The translations under genes and the position numbers were made by a program. A DNA stretch of 64,000 nucleotides from a virus (Duplodnaviria; Caudoviricetes). This document shows, in pieces, positions 16,328 through 27,438 of the stretch; position 1 is the stretch's first letter, and each line of letters starts with the position of its first letter. The stretch lies in IMG/VR virus record IMGVR_UViG_3300027749_000034, one strand, 5' to 3'. The notes beneath the pieces were generated by a model, which saw only the letters and a program-made list of their open reading frames with translations, ran no database searches and was not told the origin of the DNA.

Positions 16328-19300
16328 TTAATCTTCATCAACTAATACTTGTGTAAGAGTTGTTATTTTTATCAATAATGGACGAAGGTCCTCAGTTGAT
16401 AGTTTTTTGTATGCAATTTCTTCAACTGGTGTACCGTTTCGTCTACGATCAATCTGTCGAATATAGCCAGGCTCAGCGCCAATTATATGATTCTCTGTAA
16501 CAGTAAGTTCGATGTTTTCGTCCAAAGTAACTGGCACTTGTTGCAATGACTTATTGACTGTTCCACGATCTAACAGTTCACTGTGGAACGGTTTAACTTC
16601 AGTGATATATTTCTTAATCAGCGTATCTTTCTTGTCATAGTAAATTGGCACTTGTGTCAAGTCATTTTTACTGGTTGAATCAAAGGTCAAATAGGTAGTT
16701 TTAAATATCCAATCTGCCAATGGGTCCTGGACCAGGGCTTCTTTGGCCATTGCAAAGAACACCAGATTAAAGTAACCAACGGCGTCGCCAACAAAGATAT
16801 TTTCTCTAAGAGCTTTTAGTATTATTGCAAAAACATCAGTAAAGCCTTCATCCCATGGATAGCCAGCCCACTCCTTGACATCCCAGCCGCTGGTGCGCCA
16901 AATTGGATAGAATTGAATAGTACCATTTTTCTTGTATAACAGAGTAAACTGGTCAGTGGCCAGGTTGTCAACTCTATAAACAGATTGGACATTGTTATCT
17001 CCATCAACCAAGGCAAACTTTGTTGGATTTGTATAGTTGAGTAATTCAGTAAACGAACGAATTCTAATTTCTTCGTTGCCCGGAGAATAATCATCTACTT
17101 TGTAATCTACATAGTACCAGTATTGTGTTACATCCAGTGCTTTTGATCCAAGCAATGGTTGCCAAATTCGCAGATATTTGTCCCATTCAAATTTGTCGAC
17201 AGTATTTACTTGTGCCAATTTGTCATTGATAGTATCAACAAAAGTTCTACGAGCATCTTGTAAATTCTTGTACCAGCTTTGTGGCAAAGGACTGTATGCA
17301 TTACCATATCTTCTCAACGGATGTAAATTGATATCTGGAACTTGTCTAGACTTGACGATAACTGCATAATACTTGTTGTCTTCCAGCACATTTTTTACCA
17401 ATGCAGTTTGAAATCTTGCAAGATTATCAACTATGCTATCAAATGATGTTGCATTGCTGATACCTGCAGTCACTCGGAACACTCCAAAAGATTCAGTTCC
17501 ATCATCCTGCCAAACAAATTGCACTTGTTCTCTGTCGGCGTTGATTGTTGGTAACACTGGAATGTCATGCCCACCATACACATTGGTATATGTAAAATCT
17601 GTACCATTGAGATCTACTGTTGTGATTAGTTCTCCAACTGCATAGCTCTGTCCAACAACAAATTGTCTTACATCATGTAGCATTCTGTAATTGTCGTAAC
17701 CTACCAAACTGTCTCGCAATCTAGTAACTGGATAATCTGGAATCACACTACCTGACATTCCTTCTGTTAAAAGTATACCGGTGTTGTGTTTTTGTTCTGG
17801 TTTCTTGTTCTGTTCAATTCTTAAAATTACTTTTTCTCGGCCGCTAAAGAATTTACCAATGTTTGCAATCATGATACTGGCTGAAGTTGCGCCAGTTGCA
17901 TCATATGTTACTTGCATTGGACTCATCCACGCAATGCCATTGGCATCTGGATCATTTAAAATAAATTCCATCGACGCAGAGGTATATGGACGAGCCATAT
18001 TTGTTGGTAGCTTGCTGACACCTCGTTGCCAGTAGTAATATGTTGTAATTGTACCACCGTTTGGTTGTGTTTCTTCAATTACAGAATATCGTAATTGTTC
18101 TACACCACTGCTATCATCTAATCGCAGGCCAGGAGTATCTATTGTTGGTTCTTCTACTGCGCTGACCCATTCGTAAACTGCTACTTCACTGTCGGCAAAC
18201 TGCTTGCCCCAATTGCTTGCACGATAGCTCAATGAGCCTTGTTCATATTCGATGTATCGAACTCTACTGGTATCCCACCAAGTTTTCCCAACATTGCTTT
18301 TACTCCAGGCCATGGTAACAAATTTATTCAATGTTCCAAGCTCATCAACATTATATGTTGCTGGATCAACTGGTTGACGATAGTTGATGTATTGCGCCAT
18401 CTCATTGATACTGGCACCTTTGAACGGATCGTATACTTCTAATGTACCAAGTACATTTTCAGTTTTTTCGTCTAGTATCTGTACCTTATGTATTGCGTAT
18501 GGATCAGTCATACGGGCTTCGCTTTCAATTACCAAGTCATCGTTCGCTGTTGCGCCATACACAATTACAGTGAACTTGTTGTTGTATGGCACAGAGTCCT
18601 GACCAGTATTGTCAATGTATGCTCGCATGCCCTTTAGCCAGGCTTGAGTCGCTTTACTTTGATTGTACTCGGCTATGGTTTCAAATTTAACTGGAGCCAG
18701 TTTGAATGCCACAGTATTATAAACAATTTGATCTGAACTACTTCTTGCTGGAATTAAGATATTGTAATCGTCAACAACTTTTAGTACCTTATGAACTTTG
18801 TCATAGTTGCCGTCATTGTTTCCAACCATTACAATGTAGTCTTGTGCTCGTAATCCATGTGGGTCAGCAAAAGTGACCTTGCTTTCATTTGCTGAAGTAT
18901 CCAATGCATTTGGACAAGTTTCTTCAACATACATTGGACTAAATGTTTGTAGAATATTCCAACCATACCCAGTTGTTTTTAATTTCCAATATGACGAAAC
19001 AGACGCAGTAATTTCGGCTCCTGTACCTGCTGAGCTCGTGACTGTCAGCGTTGGAATCTGATCAAATACATCACTGGAGTTTGAAAGCAGAACGCTGTTA
19101 ATTGCGCCGCCTGCAACTGAGGCAACCGTTGCGACTGCAGGCACCAATGCAGTGGATCTGGTTGAATCGGTGATTGTGATGATTGAATTTGTAGTATAGC
19201 CAGCACCACCGTCTAATACATTGATTTTATCAATGACTCCAATTCGGTTGACCGTTGAAGTAACTGGTTCTAAAAAGCCCACAGTTACTCCTGATGAATC

Positions 19301-22300
19301 TGCATCTGTCCAATACGGATCAACAATTGTCACTGTTGATGCTGGGTTATAGGAACTGCCACCTGTGATCACTGTTACGCTGGTCAGCTTTCCATTTACA
19401 ATATTTGGAGTATATGTAAAACCAGAACCAGTGCGACTGTTGATGATAACTTTAATGTCAGAAGGCACCAAAATGTTGCTACCCTGGCCGCTTGGAAGTA
19501 TGTTAACTGCTGTTATGGCGCCGTTGACAATTGTTGCAGTTGCCCTGGATGGGTTTCGTCTTGTCACAGATATTGTTGTACCTTGTGTATATCCTTGGCC
19601 TGGTGTTGTAACTGTGAAGCCAGTGATTACACCATCCTGTGATCGTGCAAGTGATGGAACTGTCACATCTTGCACTGCTGTAACAGTTACTGATCCACCA
19701 GTACCGGTTCCTGTTTTATTGACAAGGTTATAACTTCTGGTCGCATATGATTGGCCACCCAATGCTCCAGTGGCATCGTTTGGAATTATTACTAATTCTT
19801 TAATGCTGTTTGCACTTGCTAAACTGCTTATTGGCGATTTGCTGTAATTGTACAAGTCAACATTGTCTGAGATGCTTTCTATAGCTGTTAATAGTGTGTC
19901 AACAAGTGCTACCACTGCTGTTCTTAATGTTGCTTTTTGTGCTGAAGTTAGTGCTCCGCCAAAGATTGCATTACTGGCTATTAATGTAACAGCATTGTCA
20001 ATTTCCGTATCTAAGTCTGCTTGACTTACAAGTTCAGGCACTACACTGACACCAACTTTTACATTTGCATTGGCCAGTGTGCCTCGAATATATCTATTGG
20101 TACCAATGTCGAATGAGCTACCTGTGACATTTTTTAATTCGCCGTCGGCACCAAAATCAGGACCTGCAAGATATGTATTATTGTTTCCAATATATGCAAT
20201 TACTTTACTATTTGTCTGATCAATAGTCTCAGATATAAATGGTTGTATGTCTGTGTTTGTTAAAGTTAAACCTGGCACCAACTGTTTCATTGCTGTGTAG
20301 AATGATGCGGCACCCGATAAAATCTTAGCTTTTTCAACTGCTGAGATTTTAAAATTATCTGGGTCAATTCCGTTGACCCAAGCAACCAGCGGAGTTGCCT
20401 GAGAAAACAGTACAAGATTGCCTGATGTATAATTTACAGCAAACGGTGTTGCCGTCAGCGCATTAATTTCTGTTACTCTAAATATTGCGTCAGTTGCAGA
20501 TTGTGAAGTTGTATCTTTTTGTGCAACTAGTAAATCTCCTACAGCATAACCTGTTCCAGCATTCAAATAACCAAAGGTCTTGATTACATTGTATCTTGTA
20601 AATGTACCACTTGAAATGTTATCTTCAATGATTGGAACTATCTGAGCACCAGTGCCAGTACCATTCACTGTTACAATTGTATTATCTAAGGTGTAGTTAT
20701 TGCCAAATCCAATGATACCAGTTGGCATATTAGCTGTTCCAATTCTACCAGTGATGGTTTGTTGAATTGTATCATTCTTATATGTTGCACTTAATAGTGC
20801 TGTTCCACTACCACCAGCCACTGCAATCACTGTGGTTTCTGGATTGTACCCACCTACAGTATCCGTCACATTGACAGTTTTAATTGTTCCATTGACAACT
20901 GCGCTGACATTGCCAACTGTGGTTGATCCAGATTTGACTAGGTCACCAACTTGATAATTTAAACCTTTTTGTGTTATTTTTAATTCAGCTATTCGATTAT
21001 TAACAAATGTACTGCCACTGGTGTGCGGCTTGATACAAACATTGTAAAACCCATTTACATCAACAATGTCGCCAACATTGTACAATGTCGAGGCCGTCCA
21101 ACTGCCTTTGTATTTGGTATTAATGTTAAAGCCATAGTCGCTTACCCAAACATTTGGCAACAGTCTGCCGTCAATTGTTTGCAGGTTCCACTGAGTAGAA
21201 TCAAATACACTGGTCGATGAGCCAGTTATCTTGGCCTTGGCTCTGTACAATTTTCCTTCCTGCCAGCATAGGTCGCTGGGTTGATAGTTGTTGTAGATGC
21301 TAAATCCGTTGGTTGAAAAAATATCTGCTGTAGTTAGTAAATTTGCTGGATCAACTGTGGCATTGGCCAATACTGGGTTATCAGTCTGATCAACATTGAT
21401 AAAATTGGCCATTGTTAAATTGCCCAACTCACGCATTTCAATGTCAGTGTTGAACAATTGTGGATTGCCGGCATTAGGTAACCAATTCTTGGTGTCGTCT
21501 AGACCAGTTTGAGTACTGCGATCAATGGTGGCAAATTCATATGGACGAAGTGGTTTTGTTACCCAACGCTTGTCCTTTTCCCAGATGTCAATGATGTTGT
21601 CACTTAAACTGTCGTACAGGTAAGTAGGCCGCGCTCCATTATTTGTGTTGATAACTGCACCGTATCCGCGAGGTTGAAAACGAATCACTTGCTTGCTTGC
21701 AGTAAAATCTTGGCGACGCAATTCAACTTCCCATATATTTTCACTTTCTAAGTTGCCAAAGTTGCCAGTGGTAATTAGCCACTGCTCGTTTAATTCAATG
21801 TCTTGCTGTCTGCCTGGAATATCAATCTTAGAATTTCTCAGTAGTGCATCCACTGCCAAGTTTGTACCCATGGCAGTTTGTAGGCCTTGCTTGTAAAAAT
21901 GCTGAGTACTTTTATCTTGTATCAGCTGATCAATGATTGTTGATTTGGCAGGAACAACATCTGACTTTGCAATGTCAGTTTTTACTGAATCAAATGCATT
22001 TTGCTCTGGTTTGTGGCTGTCTACAATATCACTGACTATTGCATCAAACCCAGGAATTAGTCCTGCGGGTGTAAGTATTACTCCTCGAGCAGTTGGGCGG
22101 CCAGTCCAACCATTTGTTCGTCTAGCTGATAATCCAAGTACATCAATTCTATTTCCAGTCTGCAGATCAATTATCAAATCTCCAAACTTAGTTTTACGGT
22201 TGATGTATACGATATGATCGTAGTCTCTAGTAGAGAAGTTGACAAATACAATTTGTTGTCCGCCAGTTGGTACAATCTTATCTATATTGGGTTCATACTC

Positions 22301-25300
22301 TCTTGTGATTTGTAATTCATTTGACAGCGCAGAACGCCCGGTTGAAAACAATACCTTACCAGTTCGACCCAAGTCTGCATCTAACCTGTCCAAGGTTCCT
22401 CGAGCATGACTGAATTTTAATCCGTCATCTGTTGCTACGCCAACCAAACAAAAGTGATCAGTTCCCCAGTTTTCTGCAATCCATGTTAGCGCATCAAGTC
22501 CAGCTTGTTGCCAATTTGTTATGGTACCGCGACTGTTGACTTGATTTAAGATCAGTCCCTGTGACTCTTGGTATTTTTGTAGGCCTTCAAAGAAAGTAAA
22601 CAGTCCTTGTTTGTCATTGATATAAGATCCATACTGCAACTCGTGTGAGATATTATCCCAGTCTGAGTAGCTGACAAAAGTTCCGTTTGGAGTTACTATT
22701 TGGCTACGAGATGTTGGATAGCTTTCTGTTAAACTTTGAGCTGACGGATTAAAAATTGTAAAATACTTGTGGCCAGGATCAAAACCATACACTCTAAATC
22801 CGTCGCCATCTTTTTCAACTCGTACTGCACTATATCTCAATTTAGAAGTGCTGACTCCGGGACTCAATGTCATTAAGAAATCTTCGGCAGGAATATAGAA
22901 TCCATTTTTAAATTTTGCGTAATACATCTTGAGAGAGATTACGCCATCACTAAAGCCGCCAACTCCAAATTGTAGTCGACTGTCTAATGACATCAGCTCG
23001 TTCAAAGGTGCTTGGCCAGTTAAATTAAATTCTCTATAAGCTTCAAATAATACTGAACCTATACCAATTGTTGGACGATCTTGAAAGAACTGTCCGGGTG
23101 GCAATGTATTAGTTCCTTTTTGCTTTGGACTGTTTGTATCTGTGTCATTGACAAAAGGATTGATTGCTTCATCTAAGAAGTTGTGAACAATGTCATAATC
23201 TTCTATGGCATGTAAAACATTGTCCCATGTGCCAGCAATGCTTCGACGCCAGGCCATTTCTACAGGTGACCATGATCCAATCCCCCACGGTTGCTGAGCA
23301 ACATCAGAGCTGGGCGAATACATGTCTGGATTCCAGTTTGATGGATCAATTAGCTGTCCATTCAGTCCCACTGGGAATGAACCAAACTTTCTACAGTAAA
23401 CTGGATTTACAGTGACAGGTGTTCCTGGCTCGGAAACAATACCATATATCAATGCATGTTCTAGTGCTTGTCGTTTTGCCGGTGCGTCCACACTCAGCCA
23501 AGAGTAGTAATTATCCCACCAGACTGGTGCAGAATCATATCCTAGTGCTTCCCACGGAGCTGTATCTAGTTGATAAGTGTCAAATGCATTTATATAGATT
23601 GCTCTCCAGCTTAGACCATTGTAGTTCCATGTCCATGCATCTTCTGCATCAAAGTCTGATCGCTCCTGATAATCAATGTTGTTTGTGGTGTACCATTCAA
23701 TTTGTGCTTTGGCCTGTGCTTCTAAAATTGGCAAGCTACGATATGCCCTGTACTGTCGCTGTTGATTTACTGCGCCCACCAGGTGTATGCAGTTGTTGTA
23801 TGTTCTAGTTTCTAACTCTAAGATTACTAAATTACGAAGGTCGTCTTCATCTGTGCCGTACATGGCAATTCTACTGCCGTCGTGACGCTGAATATACTTG
23901 CGTGTATTTTGTCCCCATGTTTCTGTGACAAATCCAGGCTGGTATACACCACTTAGCCCAAGCTTGGCTGGACTGGCTGGAATTCCACTGTATACACCGG
24001 ACTGACTTGAATGATAAATTTCAATTTGAGTTCCATCTGCTGGTGCGGTTTTAAATGTAACCAAAGAAGAATTGGCGTCTACCACATAATCATTCTTAGA
24101 TACCAGTTCGCCGTCAGCGTAAACATACACAATATCTGGACCAAAAAAGTCCAAGTATACAACTCCGTTACCGCCAGTGTTGATATTAAATGTCAATGTA
24201 CCATTGTTAACAACAAAACTGGCTTTATTCATACCATTGGTTGAAACAGCCATGCCAGAAATTGCATCTGGTGAACTATAGGTAAGACCCAGCAATGATT
24301 CTTCTAATATGCGGTCAAGATTTTCTCGTGGAGTGCGTAAATTAAAGTCTAACAAATTAAAATTAGATTCCAATTTGGAAATAAATTTCCTCCACCAGCG
24401 CCAGCCACTTAGTGATCTTGCAATTACGCTGTCTTGTATAGTAGGCGACAAGCGGAAGCTGGTCCATGCACTTCGCATGCTACTGTTATCTGCCATTATT
24501 GCACCGTCAGCGTCAAATACATAGTCTACTGAATTCCAACTTTGACTGTCTGATCGTTTGTTGGCATTAATGCTGGATGTCATGTTATGCACCACCCGGC
24601 TTGGAGTAAATTCTCCTAGGTTAATATTTTGTTCAGGATTGAATACCAGTCCTGGAATTGCAGTGATATGGTCATTGTCAGCATGGTCGCCTTGATGTTG
24701 AATTTCAAGTTCGCCTTGTCCGTCAGCTTGTAACTGTACCGACATGATGGCATTTGATGAATCTCGCACCACTGTAAAACTGTAGTCCACTGGCAAGCCA
24801 TTTAATTTTACTTTTACATTTCTAGGATCTTGTTTTACATCAATGACTTTTGCTTGTATTGATTTACCGTCAATGGTGATGGTTAACTTTGATGGTGCAT
24901 CAGCTGGAACTACAAATGTAAAATAATTATCAACAATATTAACATCAAAGCTGGTCATATCAACGCCGCTGATTGTTGCCACGCTTGGATTACCATCTAC
25001 AAAGACTGTGAAGTTGGCAGATTCGCCGACGGCAATCCTTGGCAAGTTTTTGGCAACAATACTAAAGTTGTCTAGATAAACTGCTCGTAAATTGTTGTTT
25101 ACAACTTTGATACCCCAGTCATATTTTGGCCACATTGTGGCATCCAATTCAACAGTTGAATTGTCAAAGTCAGTGATTGTTCTAATTGCCCAACTCTTTA
25201 AACGGAACCATGCTCTGCTGTAACCAATGCTGAGTTGATTGACCAACGGATTGTTATCAGTGACCCGTCTAAATTGATATGGTCCACTGACTGTTTTAGA

Positions 25301-27436
25301 GCCAATGCCTTGATTGTAGTATGCAAAATTTTGCAATGTATGATTATATACAATATCATACATTGCATCTGATGCAGTATTGTCAGTTGTTAGCTCACTG
25401 AATTGTGAAGGTAAAAATTTCAAGTTATACCCAGATTCTGAATCGTATTTGTCACCGGTGACAATTTCAATAATTGCAGAATTTTTAATATCTGGATTAT
25501 TTGGATTGTTGCTTAATTTAACATTTGTTGAATCATACAGTTCAAACAATGGTTGCTGTGTACGAGAAAGTCTGGTTTGTGCTGGAATTGCTTGGCCGTT
25601 TGCCCAATGGTATTCTAGTAGATAATTTGTGTCAGAATCGTATGGAGTATCAATTAATACCACATCTCTGTTCTGTGCTGATTCAGGAACAAAACCATTT
25701 GTAGCAGTTGCATTTGACAAAACATTTATAATTTTGTTTTTATAACTGTCATTGACCAACCATAACATTCTGAGTTTATCAACCGGTACTCCAGAAATGC
25801 GATATGTAATACTCCATGCCGCTGGTTGGTTCTTTAACCAAATAATTTTTCCGTTAGCAACTTCATAAAGAACTTTTTTACTTACTGTGTTCAATAATTC
25901 ATCAAACTCTTGTACTGTAAAACTAGATCGGTTGAGTGCAGTTTGTATGTTGGTATTTTGTGATATTACTCGTACAATGATATCAGGCTCTAGTTGTAAC
26001 TTACGAGTCGTTGCTATATATTTTAAATTCAAAGTCTCTGTATTTTGATCTACCATCGGCAAATCAACAAAATCAGATACAGCAACACCATCTATTGATG
26101 TAACTAAATTTGGCCATGCTCTAAAAAAGATTCCATGGTTAAATAATTCCAAGGTGTTATCAAATTCAACAATTGGTCGTAGTGCTTGTGCAGGTAACGC
26201 CGTTGTGTTTGAACCAGCAGATGTAACAATATCATTGAACTTGATATCAAGGTAGTCGGCTGTGGTTTGTATAGTATCTTTATGGTACCATACATTAACT
26301 CTGCTATTTGTATTTCGAGTCCGTGCTCCAACTTTTTCTAAGATATAATGCTTTTCATTGATACCTTTAATTGCACCATCCCACTCGACGCTGTCCCAAG
26401 GTACAGCAGTTTTGTCCCAAAGGGTTTGAATTGCCTTGCTATATCTGGTATTGGTATATTGGTGAGTGCGTGACAATAAACGGATGCCGCCAGCAGTTCC
26501 TACGCCGGCAATTTGCCATCGTCGACTGGCCTTGTTTGAATCTTCATCAGTTGTTAAAAAATATTCAACACAGTTTAAGTTCACTGGTAAATCTGCGTTT
26601 GGAACAGTTCCATTCCAATGTATGGTGTTTCCAATTACATCATAATCAACTTTAAAAGTTTTAACTGTGGTGCCTACTGTAACAATAATTTTACTTTTAT
26701 CATATGCAACAAAATCACAATCTATATCAAGACTTGATCTACCATTTGTCGCAGTATCAATTACAAAATTGGACAGTATTGGAACAGTACCACTGCTTGC
26801 TGGTTTATGAAAGGTTGCGTCAGCTGATGGAATGTCGTGGAATACCACACGCATTCCATTTTTCAATTCTAGTCGTTTGCCGTTTCTTTGCATGACTGTG
26901 ATATACTCTGGCTTTCCTAGCAGGTCATTTTGGATGTCAAAGGTTTCTGTTTCGCCGCCAGTGATAAAGATCACAGGCATTCCTTCCTGTATCCAATAAT
27001 AATCTGACCAATTAATAAATTTGTCTGGGTCAATTGGTAGGTCTAGTATGCTAACTGGAACTGTTGTTTCTTTGGTTCTGTTGTTTAGTCCCCAGCCGTG
27101 CGCTATTTCATCTGCGCTCAATGTCGCAGGAGAGTTATCTGCACGATAAACAAGAAGGCCAGGCTCAAGTTGTCTTTTTGCAGTTGGATGTGGCAAGTAG
27201 TCGTTGATCAACGACTTTGTTGTGCGTCTGCCAACTGAGTAGTTCAAGTCTTCCATGGCATGCGGCTGGAACATGTCTTCCATAACTGCCGCAATTAATT
27301 TCTTATTGGTATCTGTCCTAAATATACTCGGAAGTAATTCTGGTACCGCAGGCGATACTACTTCATCCAAGCGTTCACCTGGATAGGTCTTAACAGATGT
27401 ATTAACTGGATTAATTTTTGTTGGGTCTTGCGCCAT
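16328..27436 (-). CDS. Giant (3702 aa) baseplate/tail structural protein
   Basis: One uninterrupted 11.1-kb ORF directly downstream of gp6. It has an internal T/G-rich region with GxGY-type repeats and a CBM5/12-like motif (WTASTLYNVGDIV...YNVCIKPHTS). Confidence 0.75.
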   Translation of the reverse strand: MAQDPTKINPVNTSVKTYPGERLDEVVSPAVPELLPSIFRTDTNKKLIAAVMEDMFQPHAMEDLNYSVGRRTTKSLINDYLPHPTAKRQLEPGLLVYRADNSPATLSADEIAHGWGLNNRTKETTVPVSILDLPIDPDKFINWSDYYWIQEGMPVIFITGGETETFDIQNDLLGKPEYITVMQRNGKRLELKNGMRVVFHDIPSADATFHKPASSGTVPILSNFVIDTATNGRSSLDIDCDFVAYDKSKIIVTVGTTVKTFKVDYDVIGNTIHWNGTVPNADLPVNLNCVEYFLTTDEDSNKASRRWQIAGVGTAGGIRLLSRTHQYTNTRYSKAIQTLWDKTAVPWDSVEWDGAIKGINEKHYILEKVGARTRNTNSRVNVWYHKDTIQTTADYLDIKFNDIVTSAGSNTTALPAQALRPIVEFDNTLELFNHGIFFRAWPNLVTSIDGVAVSDFVDLPMVDQNTETLNLKYIATTRKLQLEPDIIVRVISQNTNIQTALNRSSFTVQEFDELLNTVSKKVLYEVANGKIIWLKNQPAAWSITYRISGVPVDKLRMLWLVNDSYKNKIINVLSNATATNGFVPESAQNRDVVLIDTPYDSDTNYLLEYHWANGQAIPAQTRLSRTQQPLFELYDSTNVKLSNNPNNPDIKNSAIIEIVTGDKYDSESGYNLKFLPSQFSELTTDNTASDAMYDIVYNHTLQNFAYYNQGIGSKTVSGPYQFRRVTDNNPLVNQLSIGYSRAWFRLKSWAIRTITDFDNSTVELDATMWPKYDWGIKVVNNNLRAVYLDNFSIVAKNLPRIAVGESANFTVFVDGNPSVATISGVDMTSFDVNIVDNYFTFVVPADAPSKLTITIDGKSIQAKVIDVKQDPRNVKVKLNGLPVDYSFTVVRDSSNAIMSVQLQADGQGELEIQHQGDHADNDHITAIPGLVFNPEQNINLGEFTPSRVVHNMTSSINANKRSDSQSWNSVDYVFDADGAIMADNSSMRSAWTSFRLSPTIQDSVIARSLSGWRWWRKFISKLESNFNLLDFNLRTPRENLDRILEESLLGLTYSSPDAISGMAVSTNGMNKASFVVNNGTLTFNINTGGNGVVYLDFFGPDIVYVYADGELVSKNDYVVDANSSLVTFKTAPADGTQIEIYHSSQSGVYSGIPASPAKLGLSGVYQPGFVTETWGQNTRKYIQRHDGSRIAMYGTDEDDLRNLVILELETRTYNNCIHLVGAVNQQRQYRAYRSLPILEAQAKAQIEWYTTNNIDYQERSDFDAEDAWTWNYNGLSWRAIYINAFDTYQLDTAPWEALGYDSAPVWWDNYYSWLSVDAPAKRQALEHALIYGIVSEPGTPVTVNPVYCRKFGSFPVGLNGQLIDPSNWNPDMYSPSSDVAQQPWGIGSWSPVEMAWRRSIAGTWDNVLHAIEDYDIVHNFLDEAINPFVNDTDTNSPKQKGTNTLPPGQFFQDRPTIGIGSVLFEAYREFNLTGQAPLNELMSLDSRLQFGVGGFSDGVISLKMYYAKFKNGFYIPAEDFLMTLSPGVSTSKLRYSAVRVEKDGDGFRVYGFDPGHKYFTIFNPSAQSLTESYPTSRSQIVTPNGTFVSYSDWDNISHELQYGSYINDKQGLFTFFEGLQKYQESQGLILNQVNSRGTITNWQQAGLDALTWIAENWGTDHFCLVGVATDDGLKFSHARGTLDRLDADLGRTGKVLFSTGRSALSNELQITREYEPNIDKIVPTGGQQIVFVNFSTRDYDHIVYINRKTKFGDLIIDLQTGNRIDVLGLSARRTNGWTGRPTARGVILTPAGLIPGFDAIVSDIVDSHKPEQNAFDSVKTDIAKSDVVPAKSTIIDQLIQDKSTQHFYKQGLQTAMGTNLAVDALLRNSKIDIPGRQQDIELNEQWLITTGNFGNLESENIWEVELRRQDFTASKQVIRFQPRGYGAVINTNNGARPTYLYDSLSDNIIDIWEKDKRWVTKPLRPYEFATIDRSTQTGLDDTKNWLPNAGNPQLFNTDIEMRELGNLTMANFINVDQTDNPVLANATVDPANLLTTADIFSTNGFSIYNNYQPSDLCWQEGKLYRAKAKITGSSTSVFDSTQWNLQTIDGRLLPNVWVSDYGFNINTKYKGSWTASTLYNVGDIVDVNGFYNVCIKPHTSGSTFVNNRIAELKITQKGLNYQVGDLVKSGSTTVGNVSAVVNGTIKTVNVTDTVGGYNPETTVIAVAGGSGTALLSATYKNDTIQQTITGRIGTANMPTGIIGFGNNYTLDNTIVTVNGTGTGAQIVPIIEDNISSGTFTRYNVIKTFGYLNAGTGYAVGDLLVAQKDTTSQSATDAIFRVTEINALTATPFAVNYTSGNLVLFSQATPLVAWVNGIDPDNFKISAVEKAKILSGAASFYTAMKQLVPGLTLTNTDIQPFISETIDQTNSKVIAYIGNNNTYLAGPDFGADGELKNVTGSSFDIGTNRYIRGTLANANVKVGVSVVPELVSQADLDTEIDNAVTLIASNAIFGGALTSAQKATLRTAVVALVDTLLTAIESISDNVDLYNYSKSPISSLASANSIKELVIIPNDATGALGGQSYATRSYNLVNKTGTGTGGSVTVTAVQDVTVPSLARSQDGVITGFTVTTPGQGYTQGTTISVTRRNPSRATATIVNGAITAVNILPSGQGSNILVPSDIKVIINSRTGSGFTYTPNIVNGKLTSVTVITGGSSYNPASTVTIVDPYWTDADSSGVTVGFLEPVTSTVNRIGVIDKINVLDGGAGYTTNSIITITDSTRSTALVPAVATVASVAGGAINSVLLSNSSDVFDQIPTLTVTSSAGTGAEITASVSSYWKLKTTGYGWNILQTFSPMYVEETCPNALDTSANESKVTFADPHGLRAQDYIVMVGNNDGNYDKVHKVLKVVDDYNILIPARSSSDQIVYNTVAFKLAPVKFETIAEYNQSKATQAWLKGMRAYIDNTGQDSVPYNNKFTVIVYGATANDDLVIESEARMTDPYAIHKVQILDEKTENVLGTLEVYDPFKGASINEMAQYINYRQPVDPATYNVDELGTLNKFVTMAWSKSNVGKTWWDTSRVRYIEYEQGSLSYRASNWGKQFADSEVAVYEWVSAVEEPTIDTPGLRLDDSSGVEQLRYSVIEETQPNGGTITTYYYWQRGVSKLPTNMARPYTSASMEFILNDPDANGIAWMSPMQVTYDATGATSASIMIANIGKFFSGREKVILRIEQNKKPEQKHNTGILLTEGMSGSVIPDYPVTRLRDSLVGYDNYRMLHDVRQFVVGQSYAVGELITTVDLNGTDFTYTNVYGGHDIPVLPTINADREQVQFVWQDDGTESFGVFRVTAGISNATSFDSIVDNLARFQTALVKNVLEDNKYYAVIVKSRQVPDINLHPLRRYGNAYSPLPQSWYKNLQDARRTFVDTINDKLAQVNTVDKFEWDKYLRIWQPLLGSKALDVTQYWYYVDYKVDDYSPGNEEIRIRSFTELLNYTNPTKFALVDGDNNVQSVYRVDNLATDQFTLLYKKNGTIQFYPIWRTSGWDVKEWAGYPWDEGFTDVFAIILKALRENIFVGDAVGYFNLVFFAMAKEALVQDPLADWIFKTTYLTFDSTSKNDLTQVPIYYDKKDTLIKKYITEVKPFHSELLDRGTVNKSLQQVPVTLDENIELTVTENHIIGAEPGYIRQIDRRRNGTPVEEIAYKKLSTEDLRPLLIKITTLTQVLVDED

Positions 27437-27438
27437 TT

